The notes beneath the pieces are model-generated. The model was given only the letters and a program-made list of their open reading frames with translations, was not told where the DNA came from and made no database searches. A stretch of DNA of 64,000 nucleotides, taken from Octopus vulgaris. Lineage: Eukaryota. The stretch covers positions 19,158,001 through 19,222,000 of the forward strand of contig OX597833.1 of NCBI GenBank assembly GCA_951406725.2. Direction: 5' to 3'. Below are positions 50,132 to 58,270 of the stretch, piece after piece. Both the position numbers and the translations under genes were made by a program. Each line of letters starts with the position of its first letter. The stretch's first letter is position 1.

Positions 50132-52551
50132 GTAGTAGTAGTAGTAGTAGTAGTAGCAGCAGCAGCAGTAATAGTAGTAAAAGTAGTAGTATCCCCTTTT
50201 TTATCTCCTATAGTTCTTTCCCTTCCTGTACTGCACATTAGTCAGTCCTTGGACAATTCCAGTAGCATATCCATTTTTTTTTACCAAAATAGTTTCTGAC
50301 TTCTCTTGCTCAACTCTTCTCCATTACTCATGATGGGAGGAGTGTAAGTGGTCCTGCAGGAACCTTCTTACAGTACAGCATAGCCATTTCAGAAAAAGAG
50401 AGAGAAAGAGGAATGTGTACTCCTGTACTCCACCACTTCTTTATTTATCATTCCTGGTGTTGACTTTGGTGAGATTTGATCCCAAGTCTGCAAAGAGCCT
50501 GAACAAATTCTACTTGACATTCTATCAAATGTCTCTGATGTCTCTGCCAATTTCCTTTTGTCTGTAGTGGTTTGGCACTCCATTGGTTATAATGAAGAGT
50601 GTTCTAGTTGGTCCTATCAACAGAACAGCCTGCTTGTGAAATAAACATGCAAGTGGCTGAGTACTCCACAGACATGAGTAATCTTAATGTAATTCTCAAA
50701 GAGACTGGCTTCCGTGCCGGTGGCACGTTAAAAGCACCAACCGATCGTGGCCGCTGCCAGACTCCCCTGGCATCTGTGCCGGTGGCACATAAAAAGCACC
50801 CACTACACTCACGGAGTGGTTGGCGTTAGGAAGGGCATCCAGCTGTAGAAACACTGCCAGATCAGACTGGAGCCTGGTGCAGCCTCCTGGCTTCCCAGAC
50901 CCTGGACGAACCGTCCAACCCGTGCTAGCATGGAAAACGGATGTTAAACGATGATGATGATGATTCAGCGTGACACACCGAATGCAACAGGGCTGGCCCT
51001 TTGGATTACAAGTACAACAACAACTCGTTTTTACCGGTTGAGTGAACTGGAGCAACAAGAAATAAAGTGTCTTGCTCAAGGACTCAATGCATTGCCAGGA
51101 ATCACACTCGTGACCTGACAATCGTGAGGTGAATACCTTAGCCATTAAGCCACACATCTCCTTTGTTGTAGTAACCTACATAGAAGCTAACCATGAAAGC
51201 TAGAGAGCATGAAGGATTAAAACAGCAGTTTGTGCATTGTTAGTGACCACCGTATTATATCTGTAGCAGAGGCACTTGGGGCCTTCTATTGCTCACTCCA
51301 CTGTAAGTGATCCCTAGCCTCTTCAAAGTCTCAAAAGTTCACCTCAGCTCTTATAATCAGATTTGAGCCCCCCATAAGCTTTAATGCTATAAGAACTAAT
51401 TTTCCTGATTATTTATTTCTTTATTGCCCACAGGGGGCTAAACATAGAGGGGACAAACAAAGACAGACAAGGGGATTAAGTTGATTATATCGACCCCAGT
51501 ACGTCACTGGTACTTATTTAATCGACCCCGAAAGGATGGAAGGTAAAGTCGACCTCGGTGGAATTTTTGCCTTTCATCCTTTCGGGGTCGATTAAATAAG
51601 TACCAGTGACGCACTGGGGTCGATATAATCTACTTAATCCCCTTGTCTGTCCTTGTTTGTCCCCTCTATGTTTAGCCCCCTGTGAGCAATAAAGAAAATA
51701 AATAATTTTCATGATTATTCTGTGCCGGTGACACGTAAAAAGCACCAATCGATCGTGGCCATTGTCAGCCTCCTCTGGCCCCTGTGCCGGTGGGTGGCAC
51801 ATAAAAAGCACCCACTACACTCATGGAGTGGTTGGCGTTAGGAAGGGCATCAAGCTGTAGAAACACTGCCATGTCAGACTGGAGCTTGGTGCAGCCTCCT
51901 GGCTTCCCAGACCCCGGTTGAACTGTCCAACCCATGCTAGCATGGAAAACGGATGTTAAACAACAATGATGGTGATAAGGAGGAGGAGGATGCATTGCTG
52001 AACGTGAGATGCATCTAATAATCCAATCACACCTGTATGAATATATTTCACCTGTAGTCCAGCGCATTTTCATTACAACCTTGATTTTGGTTTAGCATAA
52101 AATATCTGTAATTTTATATCGCATAACTCTTTAGCATTCAGATTACTCTGTCAAACATAATGTTTATTCATTGACATTGTTTTGAATTAATCATGCATTA
52201 TCTAATCACTTAACGATGTAATTGTTATTTTTAGAATGACATTGTAAGAACACAATCTCAAGAATGACATTGTTTGAATACACAACAAGCAGAATATAAA
52301 ACAGGCCCCTTATGGCCAATCTAAATGCAAAATGTTAATATTGTGTTGATGTTAGTCAACTCATGTCTTAATATTGTCATTTATGTTAAAATTAGGTCCT
52401 AATTAGTATATGAATGTTCTTGTATGGTTTGACGGTTTAGACTGAGAAAGATTAAAATGTGATTTAAATTTCCCTTTCAGAATCACCAGTGAACATAAAA
52501 CCGCCTTTGACTCCATCTAGAAGTATGAAAGATGATTGTAAAAGCCAATAA
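1206..52551 (+). CDS. CENPE: Centromere-associated protein E (kinesin-7)-like gene, stalk and tail portion; 14 exons (1206-1291, 2717-2816, 12940-18667, 21343-21439, 22843-22970, 24535-24612, 28292-28364, 31539-31663, 33677-33794, 35387-35531, 36613-36713, 43804-44011, 49330-49400, 52481-52551); 5' exons lie outside the window
   Basis: All exons have AG acceptors and all but the last have GT donors. Intron phases chain consistently (2,0,0,1,0,0,1,0,1,2,1,2,1). The product is a ~2370-aa coiled coil. [12 protein letters not shown] and [18 protein letters not shown] resemble vertebrate CENP-E tail segments (LRENLRRSQ; GIVQNTKALILKSEHIRL, from memory), and the C-terminus CKSQ* resembles the CENP-E CaaX CKTQ. 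The motor domain is not in the window, so CENP-F or another farnesylated kinetochore coiled coil is not excluded. Confidence 0.7.
1312..1540. mobile_element. piggyBac-like MITE family 1 (~230 bp; further copies near 11103, 19096, 20577-21264, 27060, 27290, 34580, 40830, 47450, 52130, 60420-60647)
   Basis: TTAA-CCCTTTAG...CTAAAGGG-TTAA termini. Confidence 0.85.
2717..2816 (+). CDS. CENPE: CENP-E-like exon ([34 protein letters not shown])
   Basis: ctttacag acceptor, gtatgt donor; phase 2 in, phase 0 out; contains SPTKKPRL (CDK site/NLS-like). Confidence 0.8.
3172..3708 (-). repeat. 3' LTR of gypsy element
   Basis: Direct repeat of 9482-10018, TG/CA termini, adjacent to the PPT. Confidence 0.95.
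4304..8498 (-). pseudogene. pol: gypsy pol (PR-RT-RH-IN), frameshifted and interrupted by an RTE insertion
   Basis: ORFs 7881-8573, the 5' part of 7007-7942, 5284-6474 and 4304-5185, with DTGA, YIDD, DAS, TDRG/ERFHR and GPY motifs. Confidence 0.9.
6475..7550 (-). mobile_element. 5'-truncated RTE-clade LINE (ORF C-terminus, 3' UTR and (GAT)n tail) inserted in gypsy RT
   Basis: [17 protein letters not shown]...YGHVARM...GRGRPRKTW is a typical RTE C-terminus (stop at 7007); it splits gypsy QTFQRFI|DDVTRGL. Confidence 0.92.
8474..9392 (-). pseudogene. gag: gypsy gag (frameshifted)
   Basis: ORFs 9039-9392 and 8474-8965; [13 protein letters not shown]-terminus and CWYH...KC..PC zinc motif. Confidence 0.85.
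9469..9479 (-). other. Primer binding site complementary to tRNA-Trp 3' end (TGGTGACCCCG)
   Basis: 2 nt inside the 5' LTR; matches eukaryotic tRNA-Trp ...CGGGGTCACCA. Confidence 0.8.
9482..10018 (-). repeat. 5' LTR of gypsy element
   Basis: Direct repeat of 3172-3708, adjacent to the PBS. Confidence 0.95.
12460..12916. mobile_element. Solo LTR (family TGTAACAGGAT...CACTACA)
   Basis: TG/CA ends, near-TSD aaag/gaag, homologous to 26105-26537 and 38138-39017. Confidence 0.75.
12940..18667 (+). CDS. CENPE: Giant coiled-coil exon (~1900 aa) with internal tandem repeat; apparent frameshifts at ~16410-17715
   Basis: ttcttacag acceptor, CAG|gtattt donor; ORFs 12928-16470, 16464-16979, 16991-17590 and 17729-18694 form one continuous E/K/L-rich heptad sequence broken by small indels. 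Confidence 0.85.
15190..18230 (+). repeat. Coding tandem repeat, roughly 29 units of 105 bp (35 aa, [35 protein letters not shown]) with 93-bp (31 aa) variants
   Basis: Directly visible in the DNA and the ORF translations; unit count estimated from span. Confidence 0.95.
20688..21153. mobile_element. MITE with ~50-bp TIRs and 8-bp TSD (Merlin/hAT-like), nested in a piggyBac-like MITE
   Basis: GGCGATGTTTCG...CCGTAAAAA / TTTTTACGG...CGAAACTTCGCC; TSD AAATCACA. Confidence 0.85.
21343..21439 (+). CDS. CENPE: CENP-E-like exon ([11 protein letters not shown]...IQKP)
   Basis: Long polypyrimidine tract plus ag, gtaagg donor; phase 0 in, phase 1 out. Confidence 0.75.
22843..22970 (+). CDS. CENPE: CENP-E-like exon (NSGVYND...QEKTEM)
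   Basis: ttttaacag acceptor, gtaagt donor; phase 1 in, phase 0 out. Confidence 0.8.
24535..24612 (+). CDS. CENPE: CENP-E-like exon ([26 protein letters not shown])
   Basis: tttttctag acceptor, gtaagt donor; phase 0/0. Confidence 0.8.
26105..26537. mobile_element. Solo LTR, same family as 12460-12916
   Basis: TGTAACAGGAT...CACTACA, near-TSD gccc/gctc. Confidence 0.75.
26650..26881 (+). mobile_element. tRNA-derived SINE family B with Nin/Deu-like domain (other copies ~1780-2010(-), 51410-51700, 61560-62290(-))
   Basis: GGCGGCGAGCTGG...GTTCAAATTCC head, GCCTTTCATCCTTTTGGGGTC domain; flanking 18-bp duplication TATTGATTAGGAGACTAA. Confidence 0.85.
27498..28138 (+). mobile_element. Solo LTR related to the 3172-10018 gypsy LTR, opposite orientation
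   Basis: Starts tgtaaaaattaacacttccttctccaagcctagatt, similar to the reverse complement of the gypsy LTR end; perfect GGGT TSD inside a MITE TIR. Confidence 0.85.
28292..28364 (+). CDS. CENPE: CENP-E-like exon ([24 protein letters not shown])
   Basis: tttttgttcag acceptor, G|gtaag donor; phase 0 in, phase 1 out. Confidence 0.8.
28950..29300 (-). mobile_element. Tc1/mariner (DD37D/maT-like) transposase fragment, pseudogenised
   Basis: [26 protein letters not shown]...VVKAWL...GRSYM*QQDSA...FWSPN, a decayed QQDSAP/WPPNSPDLNP catalytic region. Confidence 0.75.
29460..29687. mobile_element. piggyBac-like MITE family 2 (related copies at ~540-1150, 22325-22548, 39276-39815)
   Basis: TTAA-CCCTTTCATTAC...GTAACAAAAGGG-TTAA termini. 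Confidence 0.8.
30896..31487 (-). mobile_element. Penelope-like element remnant: tandem pseudo-LTRs with an inverted terminal segment
   Basis: 30901-31020 repeated at 31256-31374; 31375-31487 inverted; flanking duplication ACATTCTGTACATA (30882-30895, 31483-31496); contains a hammerhead motif. Confidence 0.7.
31103..31161 (-). ncRNA. Minimal type I hammerhead ribozyme (U3-A8 core variant)
   Basis: Minus strand reads gtgattaccgcccg UUGACAA gagg-caacaa-cctc GAAA c-ugca-g UC cgtgcgtatcac; stems I and II and a palindromic mini-stem III are present. Confidence 0.7.
31539..31663 (+). CDS. CENPE: CENP-E-like exon (MCTLPSD...[24 protein letters not shown])
   Basis: ctacag acceptor, gtgaga donor; phase 1 in, phase 0 out. 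Confidence 0.75.
31911..32545 (-). mobile_element. RTE 3'-UTR copy with (CAT)n tail and internal hairpin array. Other copies: ~2008-2452, 2843-3121, 18877-19072, 19398-19860, 20000-20520(+), 24036-24475, 25241-25655, 28468-28705, 34120-34420, 34740-35012, 40340-40640(+), 41000-41440(+), 45316-45557(+), 50700-50965(+), 51720-51965(+)
   Basis: Same sequence as 6475-7006, which is attached to the RTE ORF. Confidence 0.9.
32940..33370 (+). mobile_element. tRNA-derived SINE family A with internal (TA)n(TG)n. Other copies: ~617-995, 10620-11000(-), 23255-23735, 24645-24935(-), 30041-30460, 35570-36010(-), 36795-37235(-), 41830-42260, 44060-44445(-), 44535-44912, 45150-45780, 61140-61530(-)
   Basis: GGCGCAGGAGTGGCTGTGTGGTAAG...GGTTCAGTCCC head, CORE-like GCACCTTGGGCAAGTGTCTT, (GTAAAAGA)n tail; many near-identical dispersed copies. 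Confidence 0.9.
33677..33794 (+). CDS. CENPE: CENP-E-like exon ([20 protein letters not shown]...SEKQ)
   Basis: ttcctctttag acceptor, gtaagc donor; phase 0 in, phase 1 out. Confidence 0.8.
35387..35531 (+). CDS. CENPE: CENP-E-like exon (CTTNMESKG...[28 protein letters not shown])
   Basis: Poly-T tract plus aag acceptor, gtaagt donor; phase 1 in, phase 2 out. Confidence 0.8.
36613..36713 (+). CDS. CENPE: CENP-E-like exon ([33 protein letters not shown])
   Basis: tttctttcag acceptor, gtaagt donor; phase 2 in, phase 1 out. Confidence 0.8.
37640..37900 (+). mobile_element. Old RTE ORF fragment
   Basis: Degenerate FCYLGDLI...ESI..RVR...KFR..L...TKGFS..VKGKLY, homologous to the RTE at 7400-7550. 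Confidence 0.6.
38138..39017. mobile_element. Solo LTR of the same family, containing a nested solo LTR
   Basis: TGTAACAGGAT...CACTACA, near-TSD tgta/agta; colinear with the 26105 copy once 38246-38693 is removed. Confidence 0.8.
38246..38689. mobile_element. Nested solo LTR
   Basis: TGTAAAGG...CACTACA with a perfect ACAG TSD (38242-38245, 38690-38693). Confidence 0.85.
39346..39648 (+). mobile_element. RTE-BovB-like LINE 3' fragment with (TAGA)n tail, inserted in a MITE
   Basis: [49 protein letters not shown]; ACAACAAA TSD (39338-39345, 39649-39656). Confidence 0.85.
42299..43467 (+). mobile_element. Non-autonomous Helitron (composite, second 5' end at 43075)
   Basis: A|TC 5' start, 3' GC hairpin CCCGAGCAACGCCGGG followed by CTAG|T, no TSD. 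Confidence 0.75.
43804..44011 (+). CDS. CENPE: CENP-E-like tail exon (...[30 protein letters not shown]...)
   Basis: tttacag acceptor, gtaagt donor; phase 1 in, phase 2 out; CENP-E tail-like motif. Confidence 0.8.
48500..49130 (-). mobile_element. Fragment of an RLE-type non-LTR retrotransposon (R4/Dong-like), split by a SINE
   Basis: Minus-strand translation gives [22 protein letters not shown]...EKENTY...[14 protein letters not shown], a decayed PD-(D/E)xK endonuclease motif. Confidence 0.6.
48731..49024 (+). mobile_element. tRNA-derived SINE with V-domain-like central region
   Basis: A/B-box head (TGGCCTAGTAG...GGTTCGAATC); 13-bp TSD ATCCTAAATCATT (48718-48730, 49025-49037). Confidence 0.85.
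49330..49400 (+). CDS. CENPE: CENP-E-like exon ([23 protein letters not shown])
   Basis: ctgttacag acceptor, G|gtaagt donor; phase 2 in, phase 1 out, which bridges the flanking exons. Confidence 0.75.
49428..49765 (-). mobile_element. Helentron-associated (HINE/DINE-like) element
   Basis: Minus strand TTATTTCTGCCTT..AAGGCAGAGG..GTTTGTTTG...GCGCACTCTGAGTGCTCGTT, with a subterminal inverted repeat and 3' hairpin. Confidence 0.6.
52481..52551 (+). CDS. CENPE: Terminal exon ([23 protein letters not shown]), CaaX farnesylation motif
   Basis: tccctttcag acceptor, phase 1; stop TAA 52549-52551 overlapped by AATAAA 52547-52552. Confidence 0.8.
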
Positions 52552-54686
52552 AACCATTTTGGTCACCTGTAAGAAATTCATAAGATGGTGAGCTGGCAGC
52601 ATTGGACAAAATGTGTTGTAACATTTCTCCCAGTTCATTACATTCTGATTTCAAATCCTGCCGAGGTCAGCTTTGCCTTTCCTCTCTTTGGACTAAATAA
52701 AGTAAAGGGGTTGATGTAACCAACTTCCCCTCAAAATTACGGGCCTCAAGACTTTTAACGGACTGCTGTTCCATCCGGTGGGTATACTAATTCAGCGGGT
52801 TTTTAGCCCACTAATTTAAGGTACTACTGGTGAACAGTGGTCCTGGTGCACGCACACGTGCAGTTGCGTATCCGCGCTAGCTAGTCATAAGGAGTTGATC
52901 CTATGACTTGCGCGTATGCAAATGGATAGATTCGCCCATGCGCGATTAAAACGCAAAGTGAATAATTTTTGTTAATAAATTATTTTTTACAAACAAAGGT
53001 TTTTTTTTTAAAAATGTATATAATTTTTTTACATAAATTAAATAATATTTTTGGAACAAAGTAAATAAAATGCATTAGGATGCATACATGAAGCGCATGG
53101 TCAAGTAATGGAGATGAAAACCATTCACACAGGTGGATGACAAAAAAAAAAATAAAAAAGGAGAATGAGCTATTTAAAATACATTATTTTTTTTCCGATT
53201 CCTTCTTTTAAAGAAACTATCCGGCGAATAGTTTCCGACGTCGGGGTCACCACTTTAGCAGGTTTTTAGCCCACTAATTTAAATATAATGTCTGGTCATC
53301 CTTCGTATAGCTGTAGGAATTAATCCAGTGAAAAACAACAAGAATTTGTATGAGTTTTTGAGGCGTTCATGTACTTGGTATAATTATTCCAATCCGGGAG
53401 GAGAGCCTTCGTACACAGCTTGTATATTTAACAGAACAGAATGAAGTTGAATAAAAAAAGGTTTTCGTCTTGCCGCTTTCCATGACTGGTATAGTAAATT
53501 CCACTCAATTCAAATCGACACTGGGTAGTCCAGTAGCAGGGAGGGAGCCAATGCAGTTAGTAACAGGACGCTTGGTCAGCAAAAAAGAAGCCGTTTTTGG
53601 CTCTGTCCGTCTTTTTATCCCCTATCTCGTGAGTGCCACCTCGTTGTTAACGATGTGACCTGGGGAGATAACTCCAGATGACCAACGTTCGGATATGGAT
53701 TCAACTACGGTTGCCTACACTATGAACTTGGTCATTTGTACCCCATAGAAACCAGGTAACTGGCCTTGTAAGGGAAATGAATTACAAAGGAGAAACCATT
53801 ACTTGTTAGTAATGCTATTTCAAACATAATTTCATTTTATTTTCTAATAAAATTATGAATAATTTTTTAATACATTTTCCACACGATATACTCTTGAGAG
53901 ATTCAGATTCTGTTTGTGATCATATCTGTGCTTATGTGTGTGTGTAGGGTTTAGACGACCGCATGTAAGGAGTTGGCAACAAATGTCCCCTTTAGAACGC
54001 CGCACGGTCGTTCCCTAGCATAATAAGAGATGCCTGATACATAATATAACATACGGTGCCAAGGAGTAAATGAAGGAGGACAACAAACCATCAATGTGTA
54101 CAGAGAGAGAGAGAGTGTGTGAGTGCATGCGACAAGTATTTGTGTCTGTGTGTTCGTGTGTGTGACAGAAGGCACAGACAAAAGGTGAATGCACATAAAC
54201 AGAAATACAGAGCATAGGACAAGTCTCAGCATATTGAGTTAAGATAGAGTTAGTTTACCAGTTCACGAGGTACACAATAGTAAGAGTTCTATAACAAGAT
54301 GGTAGCGGTTCACGTGGCAGAGCCGGTTACTACGCTTGTAGAGGTTGGGGCTATCATGCCGTGCCGAGTCTTGATAGAGTAAGTTCTTTAGAGATACTGC
54401 AGCTGTATTCCGTGGTGAAAGATTCACACTAATAGTGCGAGTTAAACTTGGTTGGTGTTGATGTGTACATGTTGTTGACGTCGACGATGGTGGAGACAAC
54501 GTGAAGATGAAGTACGACGATGGTGATGACGGCGGTGGAGATTGAGAATGTCCTACATTGCGGGCATACATTAGCGTTGTAGTGGCTGAAGGTGGAGCAT
54601 GGCTGGTCGTCTGTCGCTGGACCTGGAACATGGCTGAGTAGCTCTGTGGTCAGTGACTAGACCTTAAAAGGTCTAAAGCCGAAAGG

Positions 54687-57600
54687 ATTTCTTTATTTTT
54701 CCTATAAAGGTTTACATAGAGGGGACAAACAAGGACAGACAAGGAACATATAAGGGTCAAATCCACCCATTACACAAATTAAAAATGGATGGGTTTATAC
54801 AAGAGAACAAAATATGAAAACAAGTGATTAAATTAAATATACATGATGGGTATTACATTATTCTATCCGGGTTAGTAGACTAACCCGCCGGTTGGTTTCC
54901 TTTTAAGTGATTACTTTCCATTCTCTTGCACGTGGGCCAACCGTGCAAGCACAGCACCTTGCATATCAGCTTCCTTACAATTTCCATCTTTTACCGAATA
55001 CTCTTTGTGGCAGGCTCCTCCTCTCCAGACAGATTTTGCTTGAAAGATGGGTGACGAAGTAATTCACCAGCCCACGTCCGGAGATGAATTGACCTGTCGT
55101 GATTCCTTCCGCTCGTGTCTTCCATACCACATCTTTCAGTATGGTTACTATGCAGAGAAAAGCTACCTTCTTTTCTTTGGTGAAAGAGGAAGGTGGTACA
55201 ATCTTTATCATGGACTCGGACGAGAGCCGTACTCTTTCTGCATCTGATATCAGCTGTTCGGCAAAGGCCATCAACTCCCTCAACTCCTCACAGTGTACGA
55301 AGGCGTGCATAACCGTTTCACTGGCACGCCTGCAACTTGGACACATGGGAGAGGTTTCAATACCATGCCTTGACGACCTTTCTCGAACCGGTAAAGCCCA
55401 TCAGTAGCACAGCCAGGTCAAAGATTTCTGGTAGTTATCCAGCAATCTCGACACAAAAGTCCTCCCGAACAGGCTGGCTAGCTGGCCCTTATCAAAGCCT
55501 AGAGTCTCACCCAGGTCGTCATCGGACTTAAGCTCTACCAATCCGCTGTGGTAACCCTGCTGTCAGCATTGCTCACTTGAGAGAAGAGGGAAAGTGCTTG
55601 TCTGCACTCCTCCCGTCATTCCCCCAACTTGGGTCTCCGCGGGATCCATGCACCTAAGTCCACAAGTGACTTTACCTTTGGGAATACCAGCTCGGCATGC
55701 GATGACCACACCTGCTCACCATCCAGGTGGCACCGGAGATGTCTCAGTCTCAGTGCGTACTTGCGCATCATTAGCCAGGGCATCCCCAGCCCACCCTTTA
55801 ACGGTTTCTGGCAACAGATGGAGCGCCTCACAAGTGGAGTTCTACTTCCCCACAAAAAGTGGAAAAGGATCCTCTCCGACTTGGTCATCCACAAACCGGG
55901 GCAAGGCACGACAGTTAGGCGGTAGGTTATCACAGATGCCATGAACACCTGCGCAAACTCCGCCCTTACCAACAAGGATAACTTCCTCCCAGACCACTTC
56001 TGGGCTATGGATGTCACCTTGCTCGCCACCTCACTCCAGTTCCCTCCACCTGGAGGTCTGGTCCAAACCAGACCCCGAGCATTTTAACCGGGCCCTCCGT
56101 CCAGCGACCAACGACGCTGTTGGGAGGCATCGACTTGCCCCACCAGGTGCCGAGTTGCAAGCCAACTGATTTTTCCTGGTTAATTTTGGCTCCTGCCATC
56201 TCGTATCCTTTAATGGTGTCTTCTATACGAGGTAGCTGCCCTTCATCAGTTACAGTGATGGTGATGTCATCTGCATACGCCGACACATTCTTCTATAACT
56301 CAGATCACATGGGTCCACCCCAGTGTCCCTCAGCTTCCGCAGCAGTGGCTCAAGCGCCAATACGTACAGTAGCGGAGACAGGGGACAGCCCTGGTGAACC
56401 GAACACTCGATCGCGAAGGAGCTCGAGAAGAACCCATTCACCCGGACTACAGATTCGATATTGCCATATATGGCTTTAATCCAGCCTCGGAAGGTCGGGC
56501 CAAATCCGGAGGACCGCCGCCAGATATTCGTGGTCAACCCTATCGAACGCCTTAGACTGGTCCAAATTCACCAGTGCCCCACCGTTGCCATGCATTTTAC
56601 CCACCCGCTCTATGGCGTAGCGAATGAGGTGAAGGTTGTCTTGTATCGTCCTTCCTGGGATGGCACATGTCTGTGCTTCTCCCACTAGGTCGCCCACAAC
56701 AACCCTAACTCTCTTTGCAAGCACCTTGGCCAGAATCTTTAACTCTATGTTTAACAGAGTTATGGGCCTAAAATTATTGACGTTATCCCCCTTGCTCCTC
56801 TTGATCAGTGTCACCACTCCTCGGCTTACAGATTTGGGGATCCTCCCATTCTGCTGCCAATTCGTGTACAGACTGGCCAGTACGTTCTCGAACAAGTCTG
56901 GCATGCTACTATAAAATTCGTAAGGAAGACCATCCAGACCCAGCGACTTGTCCCCGGGGCACTTGGACAGTACCTCTCTGACCACCTTGGCTGTGATTGG
57001 TCCTTCGCAGTGCTCAGCATCACGGGCCGAAAGACGCGGGCCGCCAGCCAGAAAACGCTGCAAGGCATCTCCATGGTCCAACATCCCGCTCCTCCTGAAC
57101 AACGTGGCAAAGTACTTGTGAAAGGCCTTGCATATCTCCTCTTGTCCTTGGATCTTCTGTCCGGACTCATCTGCCAAAGACCCAATCGTAGTGTCGATGC
57201 CACATCGGGTTTCTTCCGAGCGAGCCCATCTGGTAACATTGATACCTTCACGGCCCATTGCACGTATCCTAGCCCGGACTCTGCATCCCTCGTACTTGGC
57301 AACACTTGTGATACAGGACCCGATCTCAGTGCCTCTTCTAATGTCTTAACTAGATCTCTTTCTACTCTAGTCCGCTCTAGACTTAACTGCTTGCTAAATC
57401 TAATTGACTCAATCTGAAAGGCTCTTTTGAGGGCACTCCACCACCAGTTGTTAATCACCGCACCGGTTAGTGCCCTCTTAACTAATACCTTAATCTGGCT
57501 ACGGTATGCCTCACAATCCAATAGTGTCTTGTTTAGCTTCCAATAGCCAGATCCCTATCTATGTACCTTATCTATATGCACCTCATACGTCACTAATTTG

Positions 57601-58270
57601 TGATCCGTGTAGGGTACATAGGTAAATTGTGGACAAGTAAAACTAGACTTATCTCTAATACTTACCACTATCCTGTCTATATAAGACCTGATCGATCCGT
57701 CATTTCTTGCCCAAGTCCACATTGGAATGCTCGGATGATCAAGTCTATATCGATCTGCCAGCCTGAATCGCTTCATCAGATCGATGAGGCATGAGTTACT
57801 CTTTATATCTTTTGAGCCAATGCTATCCAAGCATGCATCCAGTATAGCGTTAAAGTCGCCTAACACAACTACTGTCCTTGATGTCACCAGAAAGTTCTCC
57901 AGGCGTTGAAAGAAGTCAACCTGTTTGCCTGCATTCCCAGGCGCGTAGATGCCAACCAACCTGAAAGCCTTACTACTGTACGTTAGATCCATAACGACCG
58001 ACTCGCCTTCCGTGTCTACGAAGATCGTACGTGTCTGCAGAGCCAGGCTTTTCCGGATCAAGACTGCCACCCTTCTACTCCCTCCCTCCTGGCTAGGAGA
58101 AATTATTTTCTTGTAGTCGTTCAGGAGGGTCGAGAAGGCTTGCAGCTTGCCCAACCTGGTCTCTGCAGCAACCATCACAACTACTCTGTGTGACCTGAGG
58201 TCATAGAGAAGGAAAGCCTGCTTCCTCTTCGAGCCCAGGCCATGAACATTCAAACATGCGATCCTTAACT
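54687..58270 (-). mobile_element. Degenerate Tx1/L1-clade LINE ORF2 (APE endonuclease, RT, zf-RVT) with 3' UTR
   Basis: NVHGL...AETR...GDFN...YIDRI...TDHK (APE); FRPITLLN, DQSKAFDRVDH, QGCPLSP, AYADD (RT); CPSC...ETVMHAFVHC (zinc finger); multiple frameshifts; AATAAA at the 3' end. Confidence 0.92.

Noticed and set aside
53943-54660. Possible LTR plus PBS-like TGGTAGCGG (~54300) and a 122-aa minus-strand ORF
   Set aside because: No second LTR, TSD or recognisable protein motif could be established.
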